DNA of 64,000 nucleotides, from positions 1,653-65,652 of the forward strand of contig JAENVS010000012.1 in NCBI GenBank assembly GCA_016650445.1. Reading direction: 5' to 3'. Below the pieces are notes generated by a model. The model was given only the letters and a program-made list of their open reading frames with translations. It was not told where the DNA came from and did no database searches. The DNA is from Frankiaceae bacterium (GTDB taxonomy: Bacteria; Actinomycetota; Actinomycetes; Mycobacteriales; SCTD01). Numbering within the stretch: position 1 is the stretch's first letter; each line of letters starts with the position of its first letter. This document shows, in pieces, positions 9,721 to 20,183 of this stretch. Position numbers and translations under genes: made by a program.

Positions 9721-11763
9721 TTATCGAACGCCCTCGACGCCGTCCGCGAGCAGTGCCGCGAGTCGCCGCACACCGGGGTGATCGAGGAGCTCCTCGAGCC
9801 CGAGCGGGCGGCCGGTCGGATCGGCCACAGGCAGCCGCCAGTTGGGGTACTCGTCCACCGTCCCGGGCAGGTTGGGCTGCCGCAGGTCGCCCACCGCGTC
9901 ACCGAACGCCGCCAGGATGACCGCGCAGGGCGACGCCACCAGAGCGCCGTGCATCGCCAGCACCGGGTCGCCGCCGTAGCGCGCCAACAGCCCCGACGAC
10001 TCCAGCAGCTCCATCAGCGCCGCCCGCTCCGCGCGGACCCGCGCCTGCTCCTGCTCGAGCGAATGGCCGAGCTGGTCCAGCTCGTGCCGGACGCGGACCT
10101 GCTCCTCGGCCAGGAAGCCGGCCGCGGTCGGCAGGTCGTGCGTCGTGACGGTGGCGAGCGCCCGGCGGCGCCACTGGGCCGGCGGGACGAACGCGCCGGT
10201 CTCGTCGTCGCGCTCGAACCACAGCACCGCACTACCGAGTACGCCGGTCGCGTCCAGGTCGCGCCGGACCCGGTCCTCCACCGTGCCGAGGTCCTCGCCG
10301 ACGACGAGCGCCCCGGCGCGCACTGTCTCCAGGGCGAGGACGCCGAGCATCGCGTCGGCGTCGTACGACACGTACGTGCCCTCGGCCGCACTCGATCCGG
10401 CGGGAACCCACCACAGCCGGAACAGCCCCATGACGTGGTCGATCCGCAGGCCACCGGCATGCCGCAGCACCCCGCGCACGACGTCGCGGTACGGCGCGTA
10501 GGCCAGCCCGCGGAGAAGATCCGGCCGCCACGGGGGCAGCCCCCAGTCCTGCCCGTTCTGGTTGAACGAGTCCGGGGGCGCACCGACGGTGGTGCCGAGC
10601 GCGAGCGCGTCCTGCAGTGCCCACGCGTCGGCGCCACCGGCGTCGACCCCCACTGCAAGGTCGTGGATGACGCCGACCACCATGTCGCTGCCGAGCCCGG
10701 CCAGCTGCTCGTCGACGAGCAGCTGCACCCAGCACCAGAAGGCGACCCGGTCGGCCAGCTCTCGACGCACCGCCTCGATGCCGGCCCCGTCGGGTCGGCG
10801 CAGCTGCTCGGGCCAGCCCTGCCACGGCACGCCGTGCTGCTCGGCCAGCGCGCAGAACAGCGCGAAGTCCTCGAGCTCCTGCCCCCGCTCTGCCCGGAAC
10901 CCGGCAAGGACGTCCTGCCGCGCCTGCGGCCAGAGCAGCTCCAGTGCGGCGAGCTTCGCCGACCACGACGGGTCGCGCTCGATGCGATCGGCCGAGGTGG
11001 TGGGACGAAGCGCGCCGACGTTGGCGCGCACGCCGTCGCTCGCGTCGGCGTACTCCGCAGTGTCCTCGACCCGCAGGTACAGCGGCGAGCGGAACCGGCG
11101 TGACGACGGGGAGTACGGCGACGGGTTGATCGGGAGCACGGGGGTCTCGGCGTGCAGCGGGTTGATCAGCACCGCCCCCGCCCCATCGGCGGCGCTGCGC
11201 TCGATCACGGTCCGCAGGTCGCGGTAGTCGCCGATCCCCCAGGAACCCGCGCTGCGCAGGCTGTAGAGCTGCACCATCCAGCCCCACGTGCGGTCGAGAC
11301 CCGCGGGCAGCTCGAGGCGGTCGGGTGCGACGACGAGCACGCACTCCGCCGCATCCGCGCCCGCGACGGCCCGCAGGGTGTGCCAGCCCAGCGGCAGTGC
11401 AGGCAGGCGGACCGCCCACGCGGTCCGGCCCTCCCGCTGCTCGGTCGGGCGCGGCGTCGACGCGACGCGCACCTGCCCGCCGTCCTCGAGAAGGACGTCG
11501 ACCGACGGAGCCAGCGCCGACCGGACGACGACCTCATCGCCGTCGCGCACGACCGCGACAGGTGGCAGCACCTCACGCCAGGGCGCGGCCTCGACATCGG
11601 CCAGCGCGGCGGCGACAGCAGCCGATGACGACGCGTCGACGTCGAGGGCGGCGAGGGCCGCGACAACCGCGGACTCGCGCACCACTACCGGCTCGTGCGA
11701 CCAGTCCTGGTACGACGTCGCGACGCCGTGCGCAGCCGCCAGCCGCTCGAGATCGGTGTCCAC
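9721..11763 (-). CDS. malQ: 4-alpha-glucanotransferase (amylomaltase)
   Basis: 680 aa GH77-type sequence (RIDHVMGLFRLWW, GEDLGTV, TTHDLPT). Confidence 0.9.
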   Translation of the reverse strand: MDTDLERLAAAHGVATSYQDWSHEPVVVRESAVVAALAALDVDASSSAAVAAALADVEAAPWREVLPPVAVVRDGDEVVVRSALAPSVDVLLEDGGQVRVASTPRPTEQREGRTAWAVRLPALPLGWHTLRAVAGADAAECVLVVAPDRLELPAGLDRTWGWMVQLYSLRSAGSWGIGDYRDLRTVIERSAADGAGAVLINPLHAETPVLPINPSPYSPSSRRFRSPLYLRVEDTAEYADASDGVRANVGALRPTTSADRIERDPSWSAKLAALELLWPQARQDVLAGFRAERGQELEDFALFCALAEQHGVPWQGWPEQLRRPDGAGIEAVRRELADRVAFWCWVQLLVDEQLAGLGSDMVVGVIHDLAVGVDAGGADAWALQDALALGTTVGAPPDSFNQNGQDWGLPPWRPDLLRGLAYAPYRDVVRGVLRHAGGLRIDHVMGLFRLWWVPAGSSAAEGTYVSYDADAMLGVLALETVRAGALVVGEDLGTVEDRVRRDLDATGVLGSAVLWFERDDETGAFVPPAQWRRRALATVTTHDLPTAAGFLAEEQVRVRHELDQLGHSLEQEQARVRAERAALMELLESSGLLARYGGDPVLAMHGALVASPCAVILAAFGDAVGDLRQPNLPGTVDEYPNWRLPVADPTGRPLGLEELLDHPGVRRLAALLADGVEGVR

Positions 11764-11791
11764 GCGACGTCCCTGCCCCCGGCTGCCGTCG

Positions 11792-12289
11792 TCACGCGTC
11801 GTCGCGGAGACGGGCGTACGAGATCAGGTCGTGCCACGCGCCGAGCCGCCACTGGGCGCCGCGCAGGATGCCCTCGCGGACGAATCCGGCCCGCTCGAGC
11901 GCCTTCTGCTCCGCGAGGTTCGTCGCATCGGTCGACGCCTGCACGCGATGCACCGGGAAGGTGCGGAACAGGTACTCCGTCACCATCCGCTGCGCCCGTG
12001 CCCCGTGCCCCTTGCCGCGGAACTCCGGACGGATCGCGATACCGATGTCCAGGGCGATCGACGCGACGTTGGGACCGTGCAGCACCTGGTGCCAGCCGAC
12101 GGTCCCGATCGGCTGGTCGTGCCCGTCGGTGACGAGGAGCTCGGCCAGGCCGTGCGGCTCGGGGATGCTCTCGTGGTGTGCCATCCCCGGCGGCGGGTCG
12201 CCCCACGTCTCGTACTCGGTCTGCGGGTCCGTCCGCCACCCGGCGACGAGCTCGCCCTCCTCGGGGCGGGCCGGCCGCAGCCGCGTCAC
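11792..12289 (-). CDS. GNAT family N-acetyltransferase (RimJ/RimL-like)
   Basis: RPEFRGKGHG..NLAEQKALERAGFVREG motifs. GTG at 12289 overlaps the amidase stop (GTGA). Confidence 0.7.
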   Translation of the reverse strand: MTRLRPARPEEGELVAGWRTDPQTEYETWGDPPPGMAHHESIPEPHGLAELLVTDGHDQPIGTVGWHQVLHGPNVASIALDIGIAIRPEFRGKGHGARAQRMVTEYLFRTFPVHRVQASTDATNLAEQKALERAGFVREGILRGAQWRLGAWHDLISYARLRDDA

Positions 12290-13701
12290 CACATGGCCGG
12301 GTGACGATGGCGCCACGGCCGGGCCTCCTCGAGCTGGGCTGACAGGGAGATCAGGGTCGCTTCGTCCGCCGGTCGGCCGACGAGCATCACGCCGATAGGC
12401 AGGCCGTCTGGCGACCAGTGCAGCGGCACGTTGACCGCCGGCTGCCCGGTCATGTTGAACACCGCCGTCCACGGCGTGAACCGCTTCATCCGCTCGAACT
12501 CCTCGACGGGATCGCCGGTCTCACGGAAGTACCCGATCGGCACCGGCGGCCGCGCCACCGTCGGTGTGAGCAGGACGTCGTACTCCGCCGTCGCGGCGAT
12601 GCCCATCCGGGTCGCGGCCTGCATCGTCGACATCGCGCCGGTGAAGTCGGTCGCGGACATCGAGCGCCCGCGCTCCCGCAGCCAGCGCGTCAGCGGGAGG
12701 AGCAGCTCCTCGCGCTCCGGAGCCACGGGGACTCCCGCTGCGGTGACAGACCAGACGACCTCGAAGGACGGGATGAGCTGGCCCGCGTCGTACGGCGGCG
12801 CGATGTCGACGACCTCGTGACCGAGGGCGGCGAGCAGCTCGCTGGCCGCGTCGTAGGCCTCGACAACGTGCGGGTGCACCTCGGTCCCGGCAACGACGGG
12901 CTCGCGGGTCCGCGCCACCCGTAGCCGCGGCGGCGGGGCGTCGGCGTACGAGAGGAAGGACTGCGCGGGCGGCGCGGCCCAGTGCGGATCGCCGGGCATG
13001 GGGCCGGCCATCGCGTCGAGCATTGCGGCAGCGTCACGCACGGTGCGGGCAAGCGGGCCGTCCCACGACAGGCCGGTGACATCGCCCTGCAGCGGTCCGC
13101 GGCTGATACGGCCGCGGCTCACCTTGATGCCGAACAAACCGCAGACGCTCGCCGGGATGCGCACCGAGCCGCCGCCGTCGCTGCCCTGCGCCCACGGCAC
13201 CAGGCCGGCCGCGGTGGCCGCGGCCGCGCCGCCGCTCGACCCGCCTGCCGACTTGCTGAGGTCCCACGGCGTACGCGCCGGCGGCGCCACGTCGGTCTCG
13301 GAGTAGCACGGCAGTCCGAACTCCGGCGTGTTGGTCTTGCCGAGGCTGATCGTGCCCGCAGCCCGCAGCTTCTCGACGACGTAGTCGGAGAACGGCGGCA
13401 CGAAGTCGTCGAAGGCCCTCGACCCGAGCTTGGTCGGGACGCCCTCGGTCATGTTGAGGTCCTTGATGGCGATCGGTACGCCGTGCAGTGGTGGCAGCGC
13501 CTGTTTGCCGGCCACCGCGCGGTCCGCGGCGGCCGCCTGCTCGCGCGCGGTCTCGAGCGTCAGCGTGACGAACCCGCCGATGTCCGCGTCGTGCTTGGCG
13601 ATGCGCTGGCCGTAGTGCTCGACGAGGTCGGTGGACGACGTCTCGCCGGTGCGGATCGCGCGCGCCTGCTCGAGCGCGGTCAGGTCGTGGAGGTCTGCCA
13701 T
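12286..13701 (-). CDS. Amidase signature (AS) family enzyme
   Basis: GGSSGG signature and the Ser-cisSer-Lys family pattern. ATG at 13701 (MADLHDLTALEQ); the upstream extension of the ORF is low complexity. Confidence 0.85.
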   Translation of the reverse strand: MADLHDLTALEQARAIRTGETSSTDLVEHYGQRIAKHDADIGGFVTLTLETAREQAAAADRAVAGKQALPPLHGVPIAIKDLNMTEGVPTKLGSRAFDDFVPPFSDYVVEKLRAAGTISLGKTNTPEFGLPCYSETDVAPPARTPWDLSKSAGGSSGGAAAATAAGLVPWAQGSDGGGSVRIPASVCGLFGIKVSRGRISRGPLQGDVTGLSWDGPLARTVRDAAAMLDAMAGPMPGDPHWAAPPAQSFLSYADAPPPRLRVARTREPVVAGTEVHPHVVEAYDAASELLAALGHEVVDIAPPYDAGQLIPSFEVVWSVTAAGVPVAPEREELLLPLTRWLRERGRSMSATDFTGAMSTMQAATRMGIAATAEYDVLLTPTVARPPVPIGYFRETGDPVEEFERMKRFTPWTAVFNMTGQPAVNVPLHWSPDGLPIGVMLVGRPADEATLISLSAQLEEARPWRHRHPAMW

Positions 13702-13711
13702 GGACGGGAAC

Positions 13712-14245
13712 CTACGCGGGCTCCTCGAGCGACTCGTCGTAGGGCAGGTCGAGCCAGGGTCGCCAGCGTGGGTCGACCCGACGGGACCCGACGACCCGCC
13801 ACGCGGCCCCCGTCGGCGCCACCGGTTGCCGGCCAAGACGCCAGCCGAGCTCGGAGATCCCCCGGTCGGCCTTGATGTGGTTGCACCGGCCGCAGGCCGA
13901 GACGACGTTGTCCCAGGTGTGCGAGCCGCCCCTGCTCTTGGGGATGACGTGGTCGAGGCTGGTCGCGGCGGCGGCGCAGTAGACACACCGGCCGCCGTCC
14001 CTGGCGAACACCGCTTTGCGGGTCAGCGGAACGGTCGCCCGATAGGGAACCCGCACGAACTTCATGAGCCGTACGACGGACGGCACGGTCACCGCGGCCC
14101 GGGCGCTGTGCAGCACGCCGTCACCCTCGGCGACCGACACCGCCTTGGCCGTGAGCAGCAGGACGACGGCACGCCGGCTCGGCACGACGCACAGCGGCTC
14201 ATACGTGGCGTTGAGCACCAACGCCGCGCTGTCGAGACTCGCCAT
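13712..14245 (-). CDS. HNH endonuclease
   Basis: CVYC...DHVIPKSRGGSHTWDNVVSACGRCNHIK HNH motif. Confidence 0.8.
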   Translation of the reverse strand: MASLDSAALVLNATYEPLCVVPSRRAVVLLLTAKAVSVAEGDGVLHSARAAVTVPSVVRLMKFVRVPYRATVPLTRKAVFARDGGRCVYCAAAATSLDHVIPKSRGGSHTWDNVVSACGRCNHIKADRGISELGWRLGRQPVAPTGAAWRVVGSRRVDPRWRPWLDLPYDESLEEPA

Positions 14246-14319
14246 ACGTCCTCCCTGGGCTGATTCTGACCGACGGACGCCAGATCCGCCACGCCCTTGC
14301 GCTCGCCTAGGGTCGACCC

Positions 14320-15240
14320 GTGACCCTCAGCTCGACGTCAGCCGTCTCCCGCCGCGCACTCGAGCTGGCGACGACCCCCGCCCGCATCGCCCTGATCGTC
14401 CTGCTCGCCCTCGTGCTCCGGGTGCTCGTCAACCGGGCGATCCGTCGGCTGGTCACGGGCGCCGCGGAAGGCAGCGTCCCTGTCGTGCTCCGACCGTTGC
14501 ACGACCGCACGAAGGGCCGCCTGCTCGAGGCGACACCCCTCACGTCGGAGCGGCGCCGGCAGCGGGCCGAGACCATCGGGTCGGTGCTGCGGAGCAGCGC
14601 GGCACTGGTGATCTTCACCGTGGCCGGCGCGATGGTGCTCGCCGAGCTCGGCTTCGACCTCGCCCCCGTGCTGGCCAGCGCCGGCATCGTCGGGGTCGCG
14701 GTCGGGTTCGGCGCCCAGAACCTGATCAAGGACTTCCTCAACGGCATGTTCATGATCCTGGAGGACCAGTACGGCGTGGGCGACGTCATCGACGCCGGCG
14801 AGGCGACCGGCACCGTCGAGGCGGTGGGGCTGCGCACGACCCGGCTGCGGGACGTCGCCGGCACGGTCTGGCACATCCGCAACGGCGAGATCGTCCGGAT
14901 CGGCAACAAGAGCCAGGGCTGGGCGCGAGCGGTCCTCGACATCGCGGTCGCCTGGGACAGCGACGTCGATCAGGTCCGCAACGTGATGAAGGCAGCCGCG
15001 GACGGCATGGCCGCCGAGGAGGAGTGGGCCACGAGCATCACCGAGGCGCCGGAGGTCTGGGGCGTCGAGGACCTCGGCTCGTCCGGGCTGGTCGTGCGTC
15101 TCGCCGTGAAGACCGCGCCGCTCGAGCAGTGGAAGGTCGCGAGGGAGCTGCGCGAGCGGGTCAAGGTGGCGTTCGACCGCGAGGGGATCCAGATCGGGCT
15201 CCCGTCGGTGCGCAACGTGGAGAGCACGCCGCCTTCCTAG
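14320..15240 (+). CDS. Small-conductance mechanosensitive channel (MscS family)
   Basis: TM segments followed by LIKDFLNGMFMILEDQYGVGDVI..GTVEAVGLRTTRLRD MscS beta-domain signature. Confidence 0.85.
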   Translation: MTLSSTSAVSRRALELATTPARIALIVLLALVLRVLVNRAIRRLVTGAAEGSVPVVLRPLHDRTKGRLLEATPLTSERRRQRAETIGSVLRSSAALVIFTVAGAMVLAELGFDLAPVLASAGIVGVAVGFGAQNLIKDFLNGMFMILEDQYGVGDVIDAGEATGTVEAVGLRTTRLRDVAGTVWHIRNGEIVRIGNKSQGWARAVLDIAVAWDSDVDQVRNVMKAAADGMAAEEEWATSITEAPEVWGVEDLGSSGLVVRLAVKTAPLEQWKVARELRERVKVAFDREGIQIGLPSVRNVESTPPS

Positions 15241-15250
15241 ACTCGTGCAC

Positions 15251-15649
15251 ATGACGACGCTGTACGACGAGGTCGGGGGCGAGCCGACGTTCCGTCGCCT
15301 CGTCGACCTCTTCTACGCCGAGGTCGAGGGCGACCCGGTGCTGCGGCCGCTGTACCTCGAGGAGGACCTCGGCCCCGGGGGCGCGGCCCGCGACCGGCTG
15401 TCGCTGTTCCTCATGCAGTACTGGGGCGGTCCGACGACGTACTCCGACAACCGGGGTCACCCGCGGCTGCGGATGCGGCACGCCGGCTGGCGGATCGGCA
15501 GCGCCGAGCGCGATGCGTGGCTGGCGCACATGATGCGGGCGGTGGCTGCGTTGGACATCCCCGAGGACGCCCGCGAGCAGCTGGCCGACTACCTGACGGG
15601 TGCGGCCCACTCCCTCGTCAACGCGCCGGACGAGACGGACGCTCGCTGA
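15251..15649 (+). CDS. glbO: Group II truncated hemoglobin
   Basis: YDEVGG..QYWGGPTTYSDNRGHPRLRMRH..AHSLVN matches the GlbO (Rv2470) pattern. ATG 15251; an alternative GTG lies at 15245. Confidence 0.9.
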   Translation: MTTLYDEVGGEPTFRRLVDLFYAEVEGDPVLRPLYLEEDLGPGGAARDRLSLFLMQYWGGPTTYSDNRGHPRLRMRHAGWRIGSAERDAWLAHMMRAVAALDIPEDAREQLADYLTGAAHSLVNAPDETDAR

Positions 15650-15989
15650 GCCGGCGGGCGACGATCCAGCCGACGATGACGCCGGCGGCGTCGGCGCAGA
15701 CGTCCCGGACGTCGCCGCTGCGGCTCGCCAGCAGCAGCGACTGCGCCACCTCCGACAGGGCCGCGTAGGCGAGGACGGCCACGAGCCCGGCGCGGTGCGC
15801 CGCGAACCGCCACCACGTGGTCGCCGCGAGCAGCGCGAACAGGCTCGCGTGTACGAGCTTGTCCAGGCCGATCCCGCCCCCGCCCGGGGCACGCGGCGAG
15901 AAGAGCACGACGAGGCTGAGCACGACGACCGCGACGAACGCGACCGTCGCCCGCCGGTCGCCCGTGCCGGCGCCCGGCTGCGCAGTCAC
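15618..15989 (-). CDS. VanZ-like membrane protein
   Basis: Four hydrophobic segments and DKLVHA/DV.AD..G VanZ-like motifs. GTG at 15989 proposed as start. Confidence 0.55.
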   Translation of the reverse strand: MTAQPGAGTGDRRATVAFVAVVVLSLVVLFSPRAPGGGGIGLDKLVHASLFALLAATTWWRFAAHRAGLVAVLAYAALSEVAQSLLLASRSGDVRDVCADAAGVIVGWIVARRLSERPSRPAR

Positions 15990-16011
15990 CGCGTCAGGTG
16001 TCGCGGGTCGA

Positions 16012-16031
16012 TTTGGCAGCAAGCCCGGATG
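16012..16031. repeat. Left inverted repeat TTTGGCAGCAAGCCCGGATG
   Basis: Reverse complement of 17870-17890 with 1 mismatch and a 1-nt indel. Confidence 0.8.
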
Positions 16032-16072
16032 TTCGTCGGGAACTGTCAGAGGTGACTTGCACACTCGCAAGT

Positions 16073-17891
16073 ATGCCGTCCCGACCGCTGCTGCCCGTGC
16101 GCGTCGTGCCGCCGCCCAGCGGCACGAGCTGTGGGACGCGGCTGCGGGTCAGCCGGGAAGAGCGGGTCATGCTGCGCGCCGTCGGTGAGCACCTCGCGGC
16201 TGCTCGCGGATGTGACCTGCCTGCCGCGGTGCGGGGCGAGGCGCAGAACGACAGGGTGAAGCGCCTCAGCGCACGGTTCGGCATCCAGTCCCGCTATGCG
16301 GGCAGCATCGTGCGAGCCAATGACGCGCAGGTCCGGCTCGCCCGGGAGGGCCTGTGGCGGCACAAGCTCGGCCTGCAGCGCGGGATCGCAACCCTCGAGC
16401 GGCGGCTCGCGGCCGCGACTCGACGGGCGTGCGGCTGCGGCCAGCGACGGGGCTGCGAGGCGTGCAAAGACGGCTACCCGAACCGCAACGAGTGGTGGAG
16501 CAAGCGCCGGCGCCTCGACATGCTGAGAGGCCAGCTCGTCGAGGTCGAGCGCCGGCTGGCCGAGAAGGACTACTCGATCGTGTACGGCGGGCGGCGGCTG
16601 CTCAACAGGCGGCACCACTTGACCGAGGCAGGACTGACGCTCGCGCAGTGGCTGCAGCAGTGGGCCGATGAGCGGCTGTTTCTGTCCTGCGTTGGCAATG
16701 TCGGCACTACCGGCGGGAATCCGTGCCTGTCCTTGACGCAGGATCCAGACGGGCTCATGTACTTGACCGTGTCAGTGCCCGAGCCGGTGCAACGCCGGCT
16801 CGGCATACCAGCCCGAGTCCGGCTGACACACCCCGTCCCAGTCGCTCATCTGCCCGAGCTCGTGGAGCGGGTCACCGCCCGGCGCAGCACCGCGATCACC
16901 ATCACCTTCGAGCAGGGGAAGCGCGGCGAGCACGTAATGCTCCGGGCAGCCTGGACACACGAGCAGACCCCGGACCAACCGGACCTGCAGGTGTTACGTA
17001 CTCGCCGGGTCGTCGCGCTGGACCTCAACGCCGACCACCTGGCGCTGTCCCGGCTCAACCCCGACGGCAACCCCGTCGGGACGCCGCTACGGATCGCGCT
17101 CGAACTCAAGGGTCTGCCCACCGGCACGAGGGACGCGAGACTTCGCGAGGCGATCACGCAGGTGCTGCACGCCGCGGCGGAGTTCGGTGCCCAGGCGATG
17201 GTGGTCGAGGAACTTGGTTTCGAGCAGGAGACGACCCGGGAGAAGCACGGCCGCAAGAAGGCGTTCCGGGCGCTGATCTCCGGCTTCCCGACGATGGCGT
17301 TTCGCAACCGGCTGGTTCCGATGGCTGCCCGTCAGGGTCTTGCGGTCATCGCGGTCGACCCGCGGTATACGTCCAAGGCCGGTGGCCGGGACTGGTCCTA
17401 CGTGCTCGCCGGTGGCCCGACGGCCACTGAGGCATCCAAGAACGTCGCGACCCGGCATCAAGGTGCCGCGGTCGCGATCGGTCGGCGCGGACTCGCGCAC
17501 GGCCTGACTGCCAGCACACCGGCCCGCACGCGGGCACGAATGCTGAGCCGTCGTCCCGCACCCCACCAGCAGCAGCCACAGACCGCGTCAGCGGCCTCGG
17601 CGGCTGGGGATGGAAGCACGACCGGCCCCGCGGGTCAGGTGCGGCTCAGCGACAGCGCGCAGGTCAGCCGTGACGCCCGCGACCGGCCGGTTCAAGCGGC
17701 CCGGAGCAGTCCGCGGGTCCGATCGGCGTCCATCCCAGGCCTTCGGGTCGGGCGTGGCAGCGCTGACCGGACTGGCGGGGCGAGCCGATCGTCGCGGATA
17801 GGTTCCGCGACCGGTCAGCCGCTCGGGCTGATCGGAACAGGAGCAGACCGGGTTGAGCTATCAACCGTGCATCCGGCGCTTGCTGCCGAAC

Positions 17892-17908
<17 letters not shown>
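16073..17908 (+). CDS. TnpB-related (RuvC-fold, Cas12/TnpB-like) protein lacking zinc ribbon and RuvC-III Asp
   Basis: Motifs VVALDLNADHLAL (Asp codon 17021-17023), AMVVEELGF (17207-17212), AVDPRYTSK (17357 onward) and TRHQGAAVAIGRRGL (His 17456-17458). ATG at 16073, alternative GTG at 16052. The ORF only stops at 17906-17908, inside the flanking ettA. Confidence 0.7.
17870..17890. repeat. Right inverted repeat CATCCGGCGCTTGCTGCCGAA
   Basis: Pairs with 16012-16031. Ends 1 nt before the ettA stop codon (17892-17894). Confidence 0.8.
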
Positions 17909-19577
<1,669 letters not shown>

Positions 19578-19599
19578 GGGGACACAGGCTAGTAGCCCC

Positions 19600-20031
19600 T
19601 CAGGCGGCGACCTGGTCGACCGCAGGCTGCTCGGGGATGACCTCACCGGTGACCGGGTCGGCTGACACACGCTCGAACCGCTTCTGCTGGACCGGCCCCC
19701 GGGTGAGGTCCATGCCGACCGACGTGGCGTCGATCTCGCTGCTGACCCGATCCACGCCCTCCTTGTCCTTCCACGTGCTCGTCGAGAAGCTGCCGGTGAC
19801 GATCACCTTGTCGCCCTTGTTGAACGACATCGCTGCGTGCTCGGCGAGCGAACGCCAACACGTCACCCGGAACCAGAGCGTCTCTTGATCGACCCATGTC
19901 TCGCTGGTCCGGTCGAACCGGCTCGGTGTCATGGCAACCGAGAAGGACGTCACGAAGGTCCCGTCGGCCAGGGAGCGCAGCTTCGGGCTCGCTCCGACGT
20001 TTCCAACGACGGTCATCTGGGGTGCGTTCAC
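19600..20031 (-). CDS. Single-stranded DNA-binding protein paralog (Rv2478c-like)
   Basis: OB-fold pattern (TVVGNVG..P.LR...G..V.SF.VA......W..V.CW..LAE....KGD.V.V.G). Conserved position next to ettA. Confidence 0.75.
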   Translation of the reverse strand: MNAPQMTVVGNVGASPKLRSLADGTFVTSFSVAMTPSRFDRTSETWVDQETLWFRVTCWRSLAEHAAMSFNKGDKVIVTGSFSTSTWKDKEGVDRVSSEIDATSVGMDLTRGPVQQKRFERVSADPVTGEVIPEQPAVDQVAA

Positions 20032-20183
20032 GGCGTCCTCCGCTGCTCCGGCCGGCAGTCGGTCCGCCGGCGTGGAGCCAGCGTCGGCGTACCGGAGCTG
20101 GTGTTGCCAGGGCCGGCGAGCGGTTGTGGACGCGGCAGTTGCTCTGTGGACGGGCGCGATCCCGGTACCGTTCGAGCCGCCCT

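Larger units (their letters stand above)
16012..17890 (+). mobile_element. Inverted-repeat-bounded insertion carrying a TnpB-related gene (no transposase gene)
   Basis: The 20/21-nt terminal inverted repeats at 16012-16031 and 17870-17890 exactly fill the gap between the vanZ-like start and the ettA stop. Confidence 0.55.

Noticed and set aside
15998-16072. Upstream GTG start (15998) of the TnpB-like ORF given in the ORF track
   Set aside because: It would translate through the left inverted repeat and the hairpin. The recognisable N-terminal TnpB-like segment (TRLRVSREERVMLRAVGEH) begins after ATG 16073. GTG 16052 remains a possible alternative.
16498-16509. 12-nt match (AGCAAGCGCCGG) between the reverse complement of the right inverted repeat and the interior of the TnpB-like ORF
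   Set aside because: A 12-mer match in 64 kb of about 70% GC DNA, when sliding a roughly 40-nt query, is within chance expectation. The 20/21-nt match at 16012-16031 is the meaningful partner.
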